64,000 bases of DNA from Chrysomallon squamiferum (taxonomy: Eukaryota > Animalia > Mollusca), in NCBI GenBank assembly GCA_012295275.1, contig CM022668.1, positions 12,524,001 through 12,588,000 of the forward strand, in the 5' to 3' direction. A program made the position numbers and the translations under genes. Of this stretch, positions 14,351 to 26,843 are shown piece by piece. The notes below the pieces were generated by a model. It was not told the origin of the DNA and ran no database searches. It saw only the letters and a program-made list of their open reading frames with translations. How positions within the stretch are numbered: the stretch's first letter is position 1; each line of letters opens with the position of its first letter.

Positions 14351-14960
14351 TACACATACATACATACATATACATACATACATACACACATACACACATA
14401 CATACATACACACATACATACATACATATGTACATGAAAAAATACATGCAGACATACATACACATACACACTAATAAACATATACACATACGAATGCCAA
14501 CATAAAAACATACGTGCATACATATATTTGTACATACATACACAAAGACAGACATACACGTGCATGTACATACGTAAATAAAAGACTAAGGTAAAAACTT
14601 ACAACTTATGCAATGTTGAAAGTCGTGGGTTGTCTTTCTTGGATTTTTGACTTTGCTGTTACTACCTAATACACACAAAACAACACACAAACACACACAG
14701 ACAGTGTAACAAACACACACAGACAAAACAACACACAAACACACACACACACATGTACACTTTCATATCACTCTTTCACATACTCTTCCTTTCTCTCATT
14801 CTTGTACACTCATTCTTGTACATACACACACACTCATTTTCACACCCTACACACACACACACACCCACCCACCCATATAGACTCACACACCCACACATAC
14901 AAACCCACACACTACACAAAATAACTAAAACCAAACCACTAGACTGACAGACTAACAGAC
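14205..14960. repeat. Compound (TACA)/(TA)/(CA) microsatellite region
   Basis: Direct reading; source of spurious HTYI/VCMY ORFs. Confidence 0.85.
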
Positions 14961-14985
14961 ACAATTTCTGATAATATTTTTACAG

Positions 14986-15161
14986 AAATCATGTCAAGGC
15001 AATGAACACATCCTGGAAATTTTTGACGTGAAGAAAGAGGATGCTGGGAAATACCTCTGTCGCCTTAGCAACATTTGCGGCATGACATTACATTCGACCT
15101 CTCTCATTGTCATGGATACCTTTCCTGATAAACTAGTATTCAAATCAGCTTTAGTGTCAAG
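14986..15161 (+). CDS. MYLK: MYLK-like exon: C-terminal half of Ig domain 4
   Basis: ttacag|AAA...TCA AG|gtaata; KSCQGNEHILEIFDVKKEDAGKYLCRLSNICG (not in the ORF track). Confidence 0.88.
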
Positions 15162-17376
15162 GTAATAAAAAAAAAAAAAAAAACTTTTATATTTTTCTTT
15201 TATTTAAAATATTTTTATATCACAGTAACGCTATTCAAATATCAATATATCTTTTTTCAGGTGTGTGATAAGCAATGTATTCATGTACCGAGGTATTTTA
15301 AACTTTCATTCAGTGTAAATATACTGCATTAAAATCTTTTTTTTTTTTTTTTCTGATTATATTTGTATATTTGTATATTCATATATTTACCTTGCAATAC
15401 ACCTGTAGCTGCTGAATTCTGTAATTTGGTGTGTCATTATGAGGCATTGTTATGTAATATTTATTCATTGTTCATAATGGATGTTTAAATATCTTAAAAT
15501 GTTGACAATATCTTGATGAAATAATTTTTGATATTGTTTTGATTGTATTATTATGTTCCTACCTTTTTTTTTAGCCTGTTGTTAAGATATTTTATACAAA
15601 AATCATTAAATATTTGTATATCATTCATAAAGTTGATAATTTATTGATGATTTTAATGATACATTAATATAATTACTTCATCTGACAACTTAACTAATAT
15701 ATTTTCTCACTGGATATCTCATTTACATTAATTCATTTATTCATTCATAATGGATGTATAAAGATTGTTAATATCTTATTAAATAATTTGATATTGTTAT
15801 AAATATATTAATATATTGATATATTTACCTACATCAGATTTCTCATAGCTTATGTACTTTTTGATTGGGTTTCATTTGCATTAATTGAATCATTCATTTA
15901 TAATGGATGCATATAGCTTAATAATATATTATCCAGAATTTTTAATTTAATAATGAATATTTTAATAAATTTTGAAATTTGATGTCTTATAGCTGATTTG
16001 TTTTATGTTTGAGTTTCATTTACATTAATTATTTCTTTGATGATGTATATGTGTGTCTGTATGTATGTGTGTGTTAAAAATATCTTAACAAAAGCTTTAA
16101 TTTAATAATAAATATTTTAATATATATCTCATAGCTGATGTGTTTTCAGTTTGTTATTGGATTTCATTTTCATTCATTGTTTAAGAAATTAATTCAAGGT
16201 CAACATACAAATTAACAACACATACAGAAAGTTTTTAATTTAATAATGAATATATTAATATAATGAGACACTTATCCTTGATGTGTTTTTGTTATTGGAT
16301 TTCATTTTCATTAATTAATGAATAAATTAATTCAAGATGGACACAGAGATTAACAATGTTGTATCAAAGGTTTTTAATTCAGTAACAACTGCATTAGCAT
16401 ATTCATCTATTTACATGCCTAACAGATATTTACTCTGTACTGATGATTCATTCATCACTCATTGATTTATTCATATGTGTGCATTTTGGTTTAGCAATCC
16501 CATTTTCCAAATCATTATGAATATTTTTTTTATTATATTTCCAAAAACAAATATTTATCTGTAATATTAATGCTTTCTGGTCAGCTGTGCCTTATCCCAC
16601 ATAATTATGAACAGTTATTTTATTTATTTATTTATTTATTTTTTTCAAAATTTTAGGTGCTAGAATACTAGCAGTATTTAAGACCTAACAATCATTGTTG
16701 TTAAAACTTGCTATCATAATCGAAAAAAACATTTTAATTTATTTTCATGATTGAATTTCTAAATTTAAAAGTATTAAATATTATTTAATTAATAATTAAT
16801 TTTTATTGAAAGGTATTCAGGTGTTGTCAAATACAAAAATATTTAATTAATTACCTGTTTTAATTTATAATCTGACACCTTGATAGTTTTACTCCTCAAA
16901 TTACTGTAAAAATGTGCTTAGTAATAAATTATTGGTGAAACTTAAGATGCTTTCCGTTATACATTTAAATAGTTCCTTATTTCAAATATTAGACTGTCAA
17001 GTAAAAAATAAATAATTATTTTAAAAAAAAACATTTTGACAGAATTTAAATTTATAAAACTGGTTGTTTGTTTCTTTTAGTTTTTTTTTTTATCATACTA
17101 AATATTTTGTATATATTTTATTTTATTTTTTTGTTTATTTATTTTATTTATTTATATTTGTTGATATTTAATTATGTTTTTCTTAGTATTATATTAATAA
17201 TAATAACAATATTAATAATAAAATAATAATAATAATAATAATTAACACTCACTCACACACACACACACACTCATAAAATACCAGACAACTATTTATTTTA
17301 AAAAAAATTGTAGTTCTCTATTACAAAATACTTCATTATTTTCATTTCTTTTTCTTTTTCCACAAAAAAAAAAAAG

Positions 17377-20300
17377 ACCGAACCAAGAAAAAGCTGATAA
17401 ACCCAAAAACGTGGTTTCCGACAAAGATATAGATCAAAAAGATTTCCGTCACCTCCTAACCCGAACGAAACCAGCTGCTACTCAGAAAACACCCGAACCG
17501 GTGGAACAAACCGACTACAGGAACGTCCTGAAGAACCACGGTGGGATTTTCGACAGGCCCTCTCTCCTGGGACTCCAGTCTGTGAAAAGTAGGAAGAACA
17601 AGTTGTTCCAGAAAGAGGAAACGAGTCCCACGACCGACAACCCGAAGCAGATTGATTTCAGAAACGTTCTGAAAAAGGTTTCTGCTGTTCCTGAAATAGT
17701 CAGCTCCCTAGAACAACACTCTGCGACGAAGTTTGAAACAACAGAGAGAAAAAACAGACCTGGCAATCCACAAGTTGGGAAGAACAGGTCCTCTTTTAAC
17801 AATCTCGAAAATTTAAAAGCAATTCGGAAGGATAATTTCAACGATTTTGATGATCTGGAAAGAAGCAGTGTGGTGAATTCTGGTGAAATAACAGTGTCGG
17901 ATACTCACAATGAAAATTTCAGTAACTCGGAAATTGTCTCTGAGCCAGAAAGCTTGAATGAAATTGCCAGCGAACTGACATCAGATCCTCAGAGGAGAGT
18001 TTTGAAAGCTCGGGAAAAGTCCAGTATGTGAACATTACGGATAAAAACTCCAGTGTTTTGTCATCTGATTTGGAAAACGAACTTTCAAGCAGTTCAGAAA
18101 ATATCATGGATAACAACATGTTTGACAAAAATTCCAGAGAATCATCACTGGATGCAAAGAAAGAAAATTTTGGTTATTCAGGAAACGTTCATGATTCAAA
18201 CATTTTGGGAAAAAGTCACGATACAACAACCAGTTCAGAAAAAATTCACGATACCAAAAATTCAGGACAGATTCACAACCCAAAAAGTCCAGGAAAATTC
18301 CCGAAGAGCAACAACAGCAACAACAAGCCTGCCTCTTCACCACTGAGCAGTTCGGACAAAAAAAACCAAGTCAAGGAAAAACTGGAACGTTTTGAAAAGC
18401 TGTCCTCCCACGATTCTTTGCAACATCGGCGACAAAGCGCTTTCACCATTAAAGACAAACTGAACCATTTCCGGTACATTTCCTCGGAGAAGATCACACC
18501 AGGGGTTCGCTACTTGACGAAGGCGTTTTCCTCAGAGGACAGGCTGGAGCTTAGCGGACCCAAAGATAAAACCAAGGCAAGTTGGAGAGACCACACGCTG
18601 AAGATGATGAAAGACAACAAGCGAATGTATGGCTCTGAGGCAAATTTATCAGCAACCTCGAAGATATTCTCTGACAGAGACCAGCCAGGAGCTGAATCCT
18701 GGAACAAGCTGAGGAAGTCAGAATCGATGGAAAAATTCAGCTTCAAAACGTCGTGCGACTCACCTAAGAGCATCCAGGATAAAATAAAGAAGTTGGAGCA
18801 AGGAATGAATTGCGGCAGACCTCTTGGTGGTAACACGAAGGAGTCGTTGACTCCTGAACGTAGCGTTAAGAAGACATCGAACATCAGCAGCAGCAGCAGC
18901 AAAAGCGGGCTAATGAAAAGATCGTCACTTCAGTTTGAACCAGTGACAGAAAAGCTGTCAAGTGCCAAAAACAACAAAAACAACAACAACAACAACAACA
19001 GCATGTCAAGTAAAAAGTCTTCAGCTGTGCTAGAACCAGCAATACACGAGAAAGAGAACGAAAATATCAATAATAACAATGTGTCGAGCCATCTGACCTC
19101 AAAGCTGACAAAGCTGACAAAGCTGGCAGCTCTAGAGGTCAAAGTTCCTTTGAAACCCAAACAGCTGGACTTCAGAAATGTTTTGGGCAAGCAACATGAT
19201 GTTGGCAGCCTGGAAGCAAAATCTGTGAACAAGCAAGATGATGTTGTGACTAAACACAAAGACCATCTGGCTCAGGAGCCAAAAGGAGCTGTTAGCAAAC
19301 ACAAAGAACATTTGGTTCAGGAGCCAGTAGGAGCCAATACCAAGCACAAGGACCATTTGGTTCAGGAGCCTTCAACAGGAGCTAATGGCAAACACAAGGA
19401 CTATCTGGTTCAGGAGCCTCCAGTAGGAGCTAACAGCAAGCACAAGGACTATCTGGTTCAAGAGCCTCCAGTAGGAGCTAACAGTAAGCACAAGGACTAT
19501 CTGGTTCAGGAGCCAAAAGGAGCTATCAGCATGCACAAGGTGAATTTGGTTCAGGAGCCTACAGGAGCTGCTAAACATGTGGCCAAACTGGATCAGGAGC
19601 CAGCAGGAGCTGCTAGCAAGAACAATTATGATTTCAGACAAGCAAGAGGTGCTGCTAGACAAAATGATGAAGGAAGTGATCTTCAGTCTGTGAAAGACCT
19701 TGGTAAAAACAATACACAAGTATATAACATCAACAGATCAGATATCCCTGGCAGGCAAAATGGCACACCAGACTTTGTCATCAAGCAAAATGATATAACT
19801 AACATAGTGATCAAGCAAAATACCACTCCAGACTGTCAGAATAAGAAAAACGAGAACAGAAGTGATGTTCCAAGCAAGCCAAACTATGCATCAGATTTTC
19901 ACATCAAGCAGAAATATGTATCCGATCTTGCAGACAGTTCTGATATCGACGATGAGTCTGATATGACGAGTGATCGGGAATCTGATACAAACGACAAAGA
20001 GCTGTCTGATACCGAACAGGAGTTTGACTCTTCATATGACCAGAAATCTGATATGAAGTACAGATACCCGCGGAAATCTGATTTTCTCAGAGGATACAAG
20101 TCCGACATTGTTGTCAGCGAACAAGAGTCTGATATTTTCAGTGAAGATAAATCCGATATTCTCAGCGAAGGAAAATCGGATGTTCTCAGTGAAGGGAAAT
20201 CGGATGTTCTGAGCGAAGGAAAATCTGATACTGTAAGTGAGGATAAATCTGATGTTGTGTGTAAGCAGCCACCAAAGGTTAGGAAGAGCTTGTGCGACCA

Positions 20301-20385
20301 GAAAGTGAAGTATGGAAGCAAGGCTGTTCTGGAATGTCTGATCACTGGGGACTCAGTAAACTGGTCGCTGAATGGTAAACAAGTG
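17377..20385 (+). CDS. MYLK: MYLK-like giant exon (~3 kb): DFRxxL actin-binding motifs, low-complexity and repeat linker, start of Ig domain 5; apparent frameshift at ~17962-18028
   Basis: Phase-2 acceptor aaaag|A CCG, donor GTG|gtaagt; ORFs 17411-18031 and 18028-20484 overlap in different frames; DFRHLL, DYRNVL, DFRNVL x2; ends PPKVRKSLCDQKVKYGSKAVLECLITGDSVNWSLNG. Confidence 0.8.
19252..19620 (+). repeat. Coding tandem repeat: 8 units of 14-16 aa (KHKDxLVQEPxGAxS)
   Basis: Visible in both translation and DNA (AAGCACAAGGACTATCTGGTTCAGGAGCC). Confidence 0.9.
20100..20260 (+). repeat. Coding tandem repeat: ~6 units of 8 aa (SDxLSEGK)
   Basis: SDIFSEDK SDILSEGK SDVLSEGK SDVLSEGK SDTVSEDK SDVV. 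Confidence 0.85.
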
Positions 20386-20419
20386 GTAAGTGTTTTTACT
20401 TTGAAAATCGGTCAGTTTG

Positions 20420-20453
<34 letters not shown>

Positions 20454-20894
20454 GTGTGTGTGGATGTTTGTATATGTACTCTGAGTGTGTTTGTGTGTGT
20501 GTGGATATTTGTATATGTACTCTGAGTGTGTTTGTGTGTGTGTTTGTATTTGTACTCTGAATGTGTTTGTGTGTGTGTGGATGTTTGTATATGTACTCTG
20601 AGTGTGTTTTTGTGTGTGTGGATGTTTGTATATGTACTCTGAGTGTGTTTGTGTGTGTGTGTGGATGTTTGTATATGTACTCTGTTTGTGTGTGTGTGGG
20701 ATGTTTGTATATGTACTCTGAGTGTGTTTTTGTGTGTGTGTTTGTGTGTGTGGATTTTGTATATGTACTCTGAATGTGTTTGTGTGTGTGTGTGGATGTT
20801 TGTATATGTACTCTGAGTGTGTTTTTGTGTGTGTGTATGGATGTTTGTATATGTACTCTGAGTGTGTTTGTGTGGATGTTTGTATTTGTACTCT

Positions 20895-20927
<33 letters not shown>

Positions 20928-20947
20928 GATGTTTGTATTTGTACTCT

Positions 20948-20984
<37 letters not shown>

Positions 20985-21004
20985 GATGTTTGTATTTGTA
21001 CTCT

Positions 21005-21037
<33 letters not shown>

Positions 21038-21114
21038 GATGTTTGTATTTGTACTCTGAGTGTGTTGGTGTGTGTGTGTGTGTGTGTGTGTGTGGATGTT
21101 TGCATATGTACTCT

Positions 21115-21145
<31 letters not shown>

Positions 21146-21204
21146 GATGTTTGTATATGTACTCTGTGTTTGTTTGTGTGTGTGTGTGTGTGTGTGGATG
21201 TTTG

Positions 21205-21239
<35 letters not shown>

Positions 21240-21700
21240 GATGTGTGGATGTTTGTATATGTACTCTGTGTGTGTTTCTGTGTATGTGTATATATGGGTG
21301 TTTGTGTATGTATGTTTATATATATATATATATATGTTTGTATAAGTACTCTGTGTTTATGTGTGTGTCTGTATGTGTATATATGTGTATGTGTATGTAT
21401 GTGTGTGTGTTTGTGTGTGTATGTGTATGTGTATATATGGGTGTTTGTGTATGTATGTTTATATATATATATATATATGTTTGTATAAGTACTCTGTGTT
21501 TGTGTGTGTGTATGTATGTGTATATATGTGTATGTGTATGTATGTGTGTGTGTTTGTGTGTGTGTATGTGTATGTGTATATATGGGTGTTTGTGTATGTA
21601 TGTTTATATATATATATATATATGTTTGTATAAGTACTCTGTGTGTGTGTATGTGTATGTGTATATATGGGTGTGTGTGTGTGTATGTTTATTTATATAT
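20420..21700. repeat. Compound minisatellite GGATGTTTGTATATGTACTCTGAGTGTGTTT(GT)n grading into GT/TATG microsatellite
   Basis: Many copies of a fixed ~30-bp core separated by variable GT runs. Confidence 0.9.
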
Positions 21701-23419
21701 ACAGACATACACACATATACACAGTCATACATATATTCAAATACACACACACACTCAGAGACATATTTATGTTTATATACATTATTATAGACATACAAAT
21801 ATTTAGATATATATATATATATTACATGTGAATAAATGCAGGCTATTCATTCCCTCACACATAATCCTATTAATAACATCTGTACCGTCTTTTTATCAAA
21901 CTGCTAGCATTTTTTTTTTTTTTCATTTCATTTTAATAAAACAGTATTTTTTGCTCTAACTTCAGCATGTGTGGTAAAGCACTTAATAACATTTTTTCTT
22001 TAAAAAAATATTTTTAAAAATAAACAAATAAACAAAGAAAAAAAATTTAAAAAATGTCTATTAGTAAGATATTAAACTGGATAGGAATGGAAAAGAATTA
22101 CACAAGCTTATTTAATGAAACAGACTGAACATTGTAAAACATTTATAGCTACGTCACAGTTCTGTAACACAGTTTAAACTTTGCTACCACTGGCAACACA
22201 GCTGTTTGCTAAAACTGAGACAGAGAAATTACTGTGTTCATAAGCAGATGTTTTTACAAATATCTTACAAGTAAGTCAAGATGAAATTGCATGCTTAGAT
22301 AATTTTATATTTTGCTGCTTAAGAGTGGTATAGTTTTATATATATATAAGTTTAAAAATGGTGTGATATTCTATATAGTTATATAATAAAAACAAAAATT
22401 ATAATATTTATTTTAAAATAACATTGTTATACATATAGATAATAATATATTGTTATACATATATTGAATTAGATACTATGTAGAACAATGTAGTACACTT
22501 ATAAAGTATTTTTAAAACTATAAAAGATGTTTTTTTGATTATAACAGGCATTGATAATTGTAACATATAATGTTTTTTTTTCCTTAAATGAATTATTCAA
22601 GGCAATATTAAATTAACAAAATAGCTTACATAATTCAGTATTTTTCTCCTTTTTATTTTTTTTTTTTAATTACATATATTATATTCTTATATAATGCCAC
22701 TTAGATGTCATTTAATGTACATTTGAAATTCTTGGTAAATGAATCTAATGGGTTTTATTTGTTTTGTTTTTTCAAATCAACCAAAGTGAATTTGCAATGT
22801 TTAATTCTGTAAATATAAAAGAATTATACATAAACACACACATGTAAATACATACATACATACATCATTCATACAGAGATACATATACATAAAATAATAT
22901 ATACATGTGTATACACACATACATAAAATACACACACATATAATATACATATGAACACATACTCACATAAATAAATAACCCATACGCTTATGTATAATAT
23001 ACACATTTACAAACACATGTTACATTCTTTTATCACTGTCAGTCATAAGATATACTGAGTATAATACAAGCACTGTATATATTAAACCTGATATTCGATC
23101 TAGCATGGGATTATCTGTAGTAAGGAAAGTAAATGCAAAGTGTGAGATTTATTTGTCTAATGAGCCTCATGTGTGTGCATGTTACGTTGGCAGTTTAAAG
23201 TTATGTTTTTCACTGGATTAAACAGGTTCGAGTGGTGGTAATATATTTATTTGTAATCTTCAGATATAAGTATATAAGTGTTTTTATTGCATTAGCTGTT
23301 AACTACCCTTGAAGATTAATGTTACTAAACTGATATTAAATAACACTGGACTGAACAAAACAAAAAAGTATTGGTTTGTAAATAATTGTTGCATTTTAAT
23401 AAGCTTGAGTATTTTTCCT

Positions 23420-23740
23420 TATTACCAGATGGTAAACATTTAATTGGTTTTCCTGTTAACAAATTGTAAACATGCAATTGGTTTCTTTGTTAAATGATTG
23501 TAAACATTTAATTGGTTTTCTTTGTTACCATATTGTAAACATTTAACTGATTTTCCTGTTACCAGATTTTAAACATGTAATTTATTTTCCTGTTACAGAT
23601 TTTAAACATATAACTGATTTCCCTGTTACCAGATTGTAAACATATAACTGATATTCCTGTTACCAGATTGTAAACATATAATTGCTTTCCCTGTTACCAG
23701 ATTGTAAACATATAACTGATATTCCTGTAACCAGATTGTT
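23420..23740. repeat. ~37-bp minisatellite (TGTTACCAGATTGTAAACATATAACTGATATTCC)
   Basis: About 8-9 degenerate tandem copies. Confidence 0.85.
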
Positions 23741-23859
23741 TAAATATCTGTTTTAAACAGTATATATTAATCTTTTTTCAGTCCTCTAGATTTGTTAGCA
23801 TGAACTACCTAATTGTTTAAATATCTGTTTAAAAAAAATTAATATTAATCTTTTTTCAG

Positions 23860-24010
23860 TCCTCCAGATTTGTCAGCATGAACTACAGCAAGGACAACGT
23901 CGCATCTCTGATAATTCCGGAGACCTATTCCGAAGATGAAGGTGAATACACTGTCACTGCGACCAACAAATTCGGATCAACCAGTTCATCCTGTCTTCTG
24001 TCTGTTGACT
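23860..24010 (+). CDS. MYLK: MYLK-like exon: C-terminal half of Ig domain 5
   Basis: ttttcag|TCC...GAC T|gtgagt; SSRFVSMNYSKDNVASLIIPETYSEDEGEYTVTATNKFGSTSSSCLLSVD. Confidence 0.9.
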
Positions 24011-24220
24011 GTGAGTAAATAGATGTTTTAACTTTATTATTAGAAACAGATATACACCAGTTGTTTATATTACACACATATATTATGTACCCGGTCATAC
24101 AATAACACAGATATAATACATGAACGTACTCATATATTGACATATGCACATGTAGCATCATAATTTCATATACAAGCTTATAAATACATGCTTATATACA
24201 TATAGACATACATAGGTAGA

Positions 24221-24252
<32 letters not shown>

Positions 24253-24453
24253 CACTGACAATTTGTAAAATAAATATATATAAATATATATATATATATA
24301 CACAATAGACTAAAACATACACAGTACACACATACATCACATATACGTATACACATACGCAGCACATACACATATACACACACATACACATACACATGCA
24401 ACATACACACACACTGACATATATACACAATACATACATATATACAAACTTAC

Positions 24454-24496
<43 letters not shown>

Positions 24497-24570
24497 TTCA
24501 CAACACACACAAACACACATACACAAACACATATATACACATATATACACACACACACACACATTCACCC

Positions 24571-24613
<43 letters not shown>

Positions 24614-24736
24614 AGCACACACACACACACTCAAATATAGCAGCAGCTTGTTTTTATATCCTAACATGTCTACAGCACAAACATCTTTCTTATCAAATTC
24701 TGACATCTTTCTTTCCTTCTCGTTAATGCTTTACAG

Positions 24737-24922
24737 CCGGCAGTTCACTCTCGTCCAAATCAGACATCGAAGGTCATGTGACGATCCCAGCCAGGATTAT
24801 AAGTCTGGTGCCAAACAGAAACACTGTTGTGAAGGGAGATAATCTGGAGATAACTCTGATGACAACGGGAGAGCCCACCCCTGAAGTCTGGTGGTTCAAA
24901 GACAAGCAGGAGATTCCAGAAG
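24737..24922 (+). CDS. MYLK: MYLK-like exon: N-terminal half of Ig domain 6
   Basis: ttacag|CC...GAA G|gttagg; PARIISLVPNRNTVVKGDNLEITLMTTGEPTPEVWWFKDKQEI. Confidence 0.88.
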
Positions 24923-25343
24923 GTTAGGAACGTTCCAAAATGATGAAAGTAGAGGGGTGTTGGGAGATGAACATTAAGAAATTTTTGTAATGTATTTGAG
25001 ACTGTGGTGAAGATTTTTTGTTTAAGTGTTTTTTTTAAATAGGACTCAAGACTTTGTATGGTTTAATTTACAAAATTAATTAATATTTTGTTTGTTATTT
25101 TTTGAATTACTACTAGTGTTATTGTTTGTTTTTTCCCTTGTATTCAGTATTTTTAGAATCATCCAAAAGGTTGCTTTAAGAATTTGAGCAATTTGTAGTA
25201 ATGATGAATGGTTAAATCCCCCCAATGTTAATTTGTTTTAGAAGTATTTTCTGTTAGAAGGCAAAAAAACACACAAAAAAACAACACTTATATACATAAA
25301 TCACACATAGAAATACTACAAACACACACACACACAAACACAA

Positions 25344-25375
<32 letters not shown>

Positions 25376-26097
25376 ACAGAGATAAGTGCACATAAATGTA
25401 CAGACATTCTTACATATCTACACATACATGTACACAGCCATTATATATATGTATGTATGCATGTGAACAGATATACATACTCACAAACAAATGTAGGTAC
25501 ATACATACATATATACATGCATACAGAGACACACATACATATTTATACACATACTTATATAGATACACCCACAGATTCATAATCACATTACATATTTTTT
25601 TATCATTATGCAGACCCATACTAATATTAAGGCAAAACATATTAAATATAATTTTAATTTTAATTTAGTTATTTTCTATTTATTTTAATATAGTTTTTTT
25701 TTTGGTTCTTATTATTAATACAGTATTTTTTTTTCATATTTATTTTTATATTTTTCTATTTAATTTTAATAATGTATTTTTCATTGTTATTTTTCTGCAT
25801 TTATTTTTAATATAATATTTAATTTTAGCATGTTTTTTTCATTTTTATTTATAACATATTTTTTTCATATTTTGATTTTAATATATGACATACACATTAA
25901 ATTTTTAAAATAGTTTTTCCAAATTTAATGTTAATATATTTTTTAAGTATAATTTTTTTAAATTATATTTCTCTATATTTATTTTTAATACAGTTTAATT
26001 TAATTTTTTTCTCTCATTTTTTTTTAAATAGTTTCCCTTATCTAATTTTAATAGATTTTTTCATATTTTCATATTTAATAAATAATTTGTTTATCAG

Positions 26098-26241
26098 AAG
26101 GACGTTACCAGTTCGAGACGACCTCTGACACCAGTATTCTGAGAATTGTCGGCGTAACGTCAGAAGATGCTGGGAAATACACAGTAGTGTCGGAAAACCA
26201 TGCAGGTTCTGACAAAGCCTCTCTGTCAATACAGGTCGAAG
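26098..26241 (+). CDS. MYLK: MYLK-like exon: C-terminal half of Ig domain 6
   Basis: tatcag|AA (NAGNAG)...GAA G|gtttgt; GRYQFETTSDTSILRIVGVTSEDAGKYTVVSENHAGSDKASLSIQVE. Confidence 0.88.
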
Positions 26242-26254
26242 GTTTGTAACTGTT

Positions 26255-26480
26255 AAATTAGGTTTATGTTTAGGTTGTGTTAGATTAGGTTCAGTGAATA
26301 CTTTTTATGTTACATCAGGTTTATGTATTTAGGTTAGATTGCATTAGGTTTGGTTAGGTGATATTATATTAGGTTTGGTTAGGTTTATTTATTTAGATTA
26401 GCTTAGGTTTGCTTAGGTTTATATATTTAGATTAGCTTAGGTTTGGTTAGGTTTATATTTTTAGATTAGGTTTGGTTATG
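26255..26480. repeat. Degenerate TTAGG(TTT) short-period repeat
   Basis: Recurrent TTAGGTTT / TTAGATTAG / TTAGGTTTGG units. Confidence 0.7.
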
Positions 26481-26843
26481 ATGACGACAATTATCATAAA
26501 GACATTCTATCATCTACTTTATTCTTTACCACATTTTTGACAACATACAAAGGATTAAAACTTCATTTAGCATGAAGTCAAATAAAACATTTCATTACTC
26601 TTTTTTTTCCTATTTACATATTAAAAGACTGTCTTGAAATGATGCATCAGAAGAAAGATCATCTCTCCACTTTCTTCTTTTTGTGTTATTTCCCAATCTA
26701 ACCACTGTTCCACAAATACTGAATTAAACGTCAATCTTACGAGCTTTTACTGTTCATGGGAAGGCTGTGTGGCGAAATAATTCTTCTTGCTAGACAGTAT
26801 TCATTCATTTTTATTTTTATTTTTTAGTTTATTTATTCATCAG

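Noticed and set aside
18010-18020. GGGAAAA as a programmed -1 ribosomal frameshift site
   Set aside because: The heptamer is phased G_GGA_AAA in the downstream frame, not in the incoming frame as -1 slippage requires
17515-20345. Minus-strand ORFs overlapping the giant exon (also at 7059, 10327, 35396, 40187, 54730)
   Set aside because: Antisense shadows of real coding exons, with no independent protein features
20460-21270. CRISPR-like look of a constant core with variable spacers
   Set aside because: Spacers are only (GT)n runs of varying length, the context is a eukaryotic intron, and there are no cas genes
20353-21831. Long ORFs of up to 297 aa (CV/HT-rich) on both strands
   Set aside because: Translations of GT/CA micro- and minisatellites inside an intron; the same applies to similar ORFs at 4.3-4.6, 6.4, 11.4, 14.1, 24.2, 31.1, 32.7 and 35.0 kb
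26255-26480. Interstitial telomeric repeat
   Set aside because: Units are irregular TTAGGTTT/TTAGAT rather than tandem TTAGGG or TTAGG
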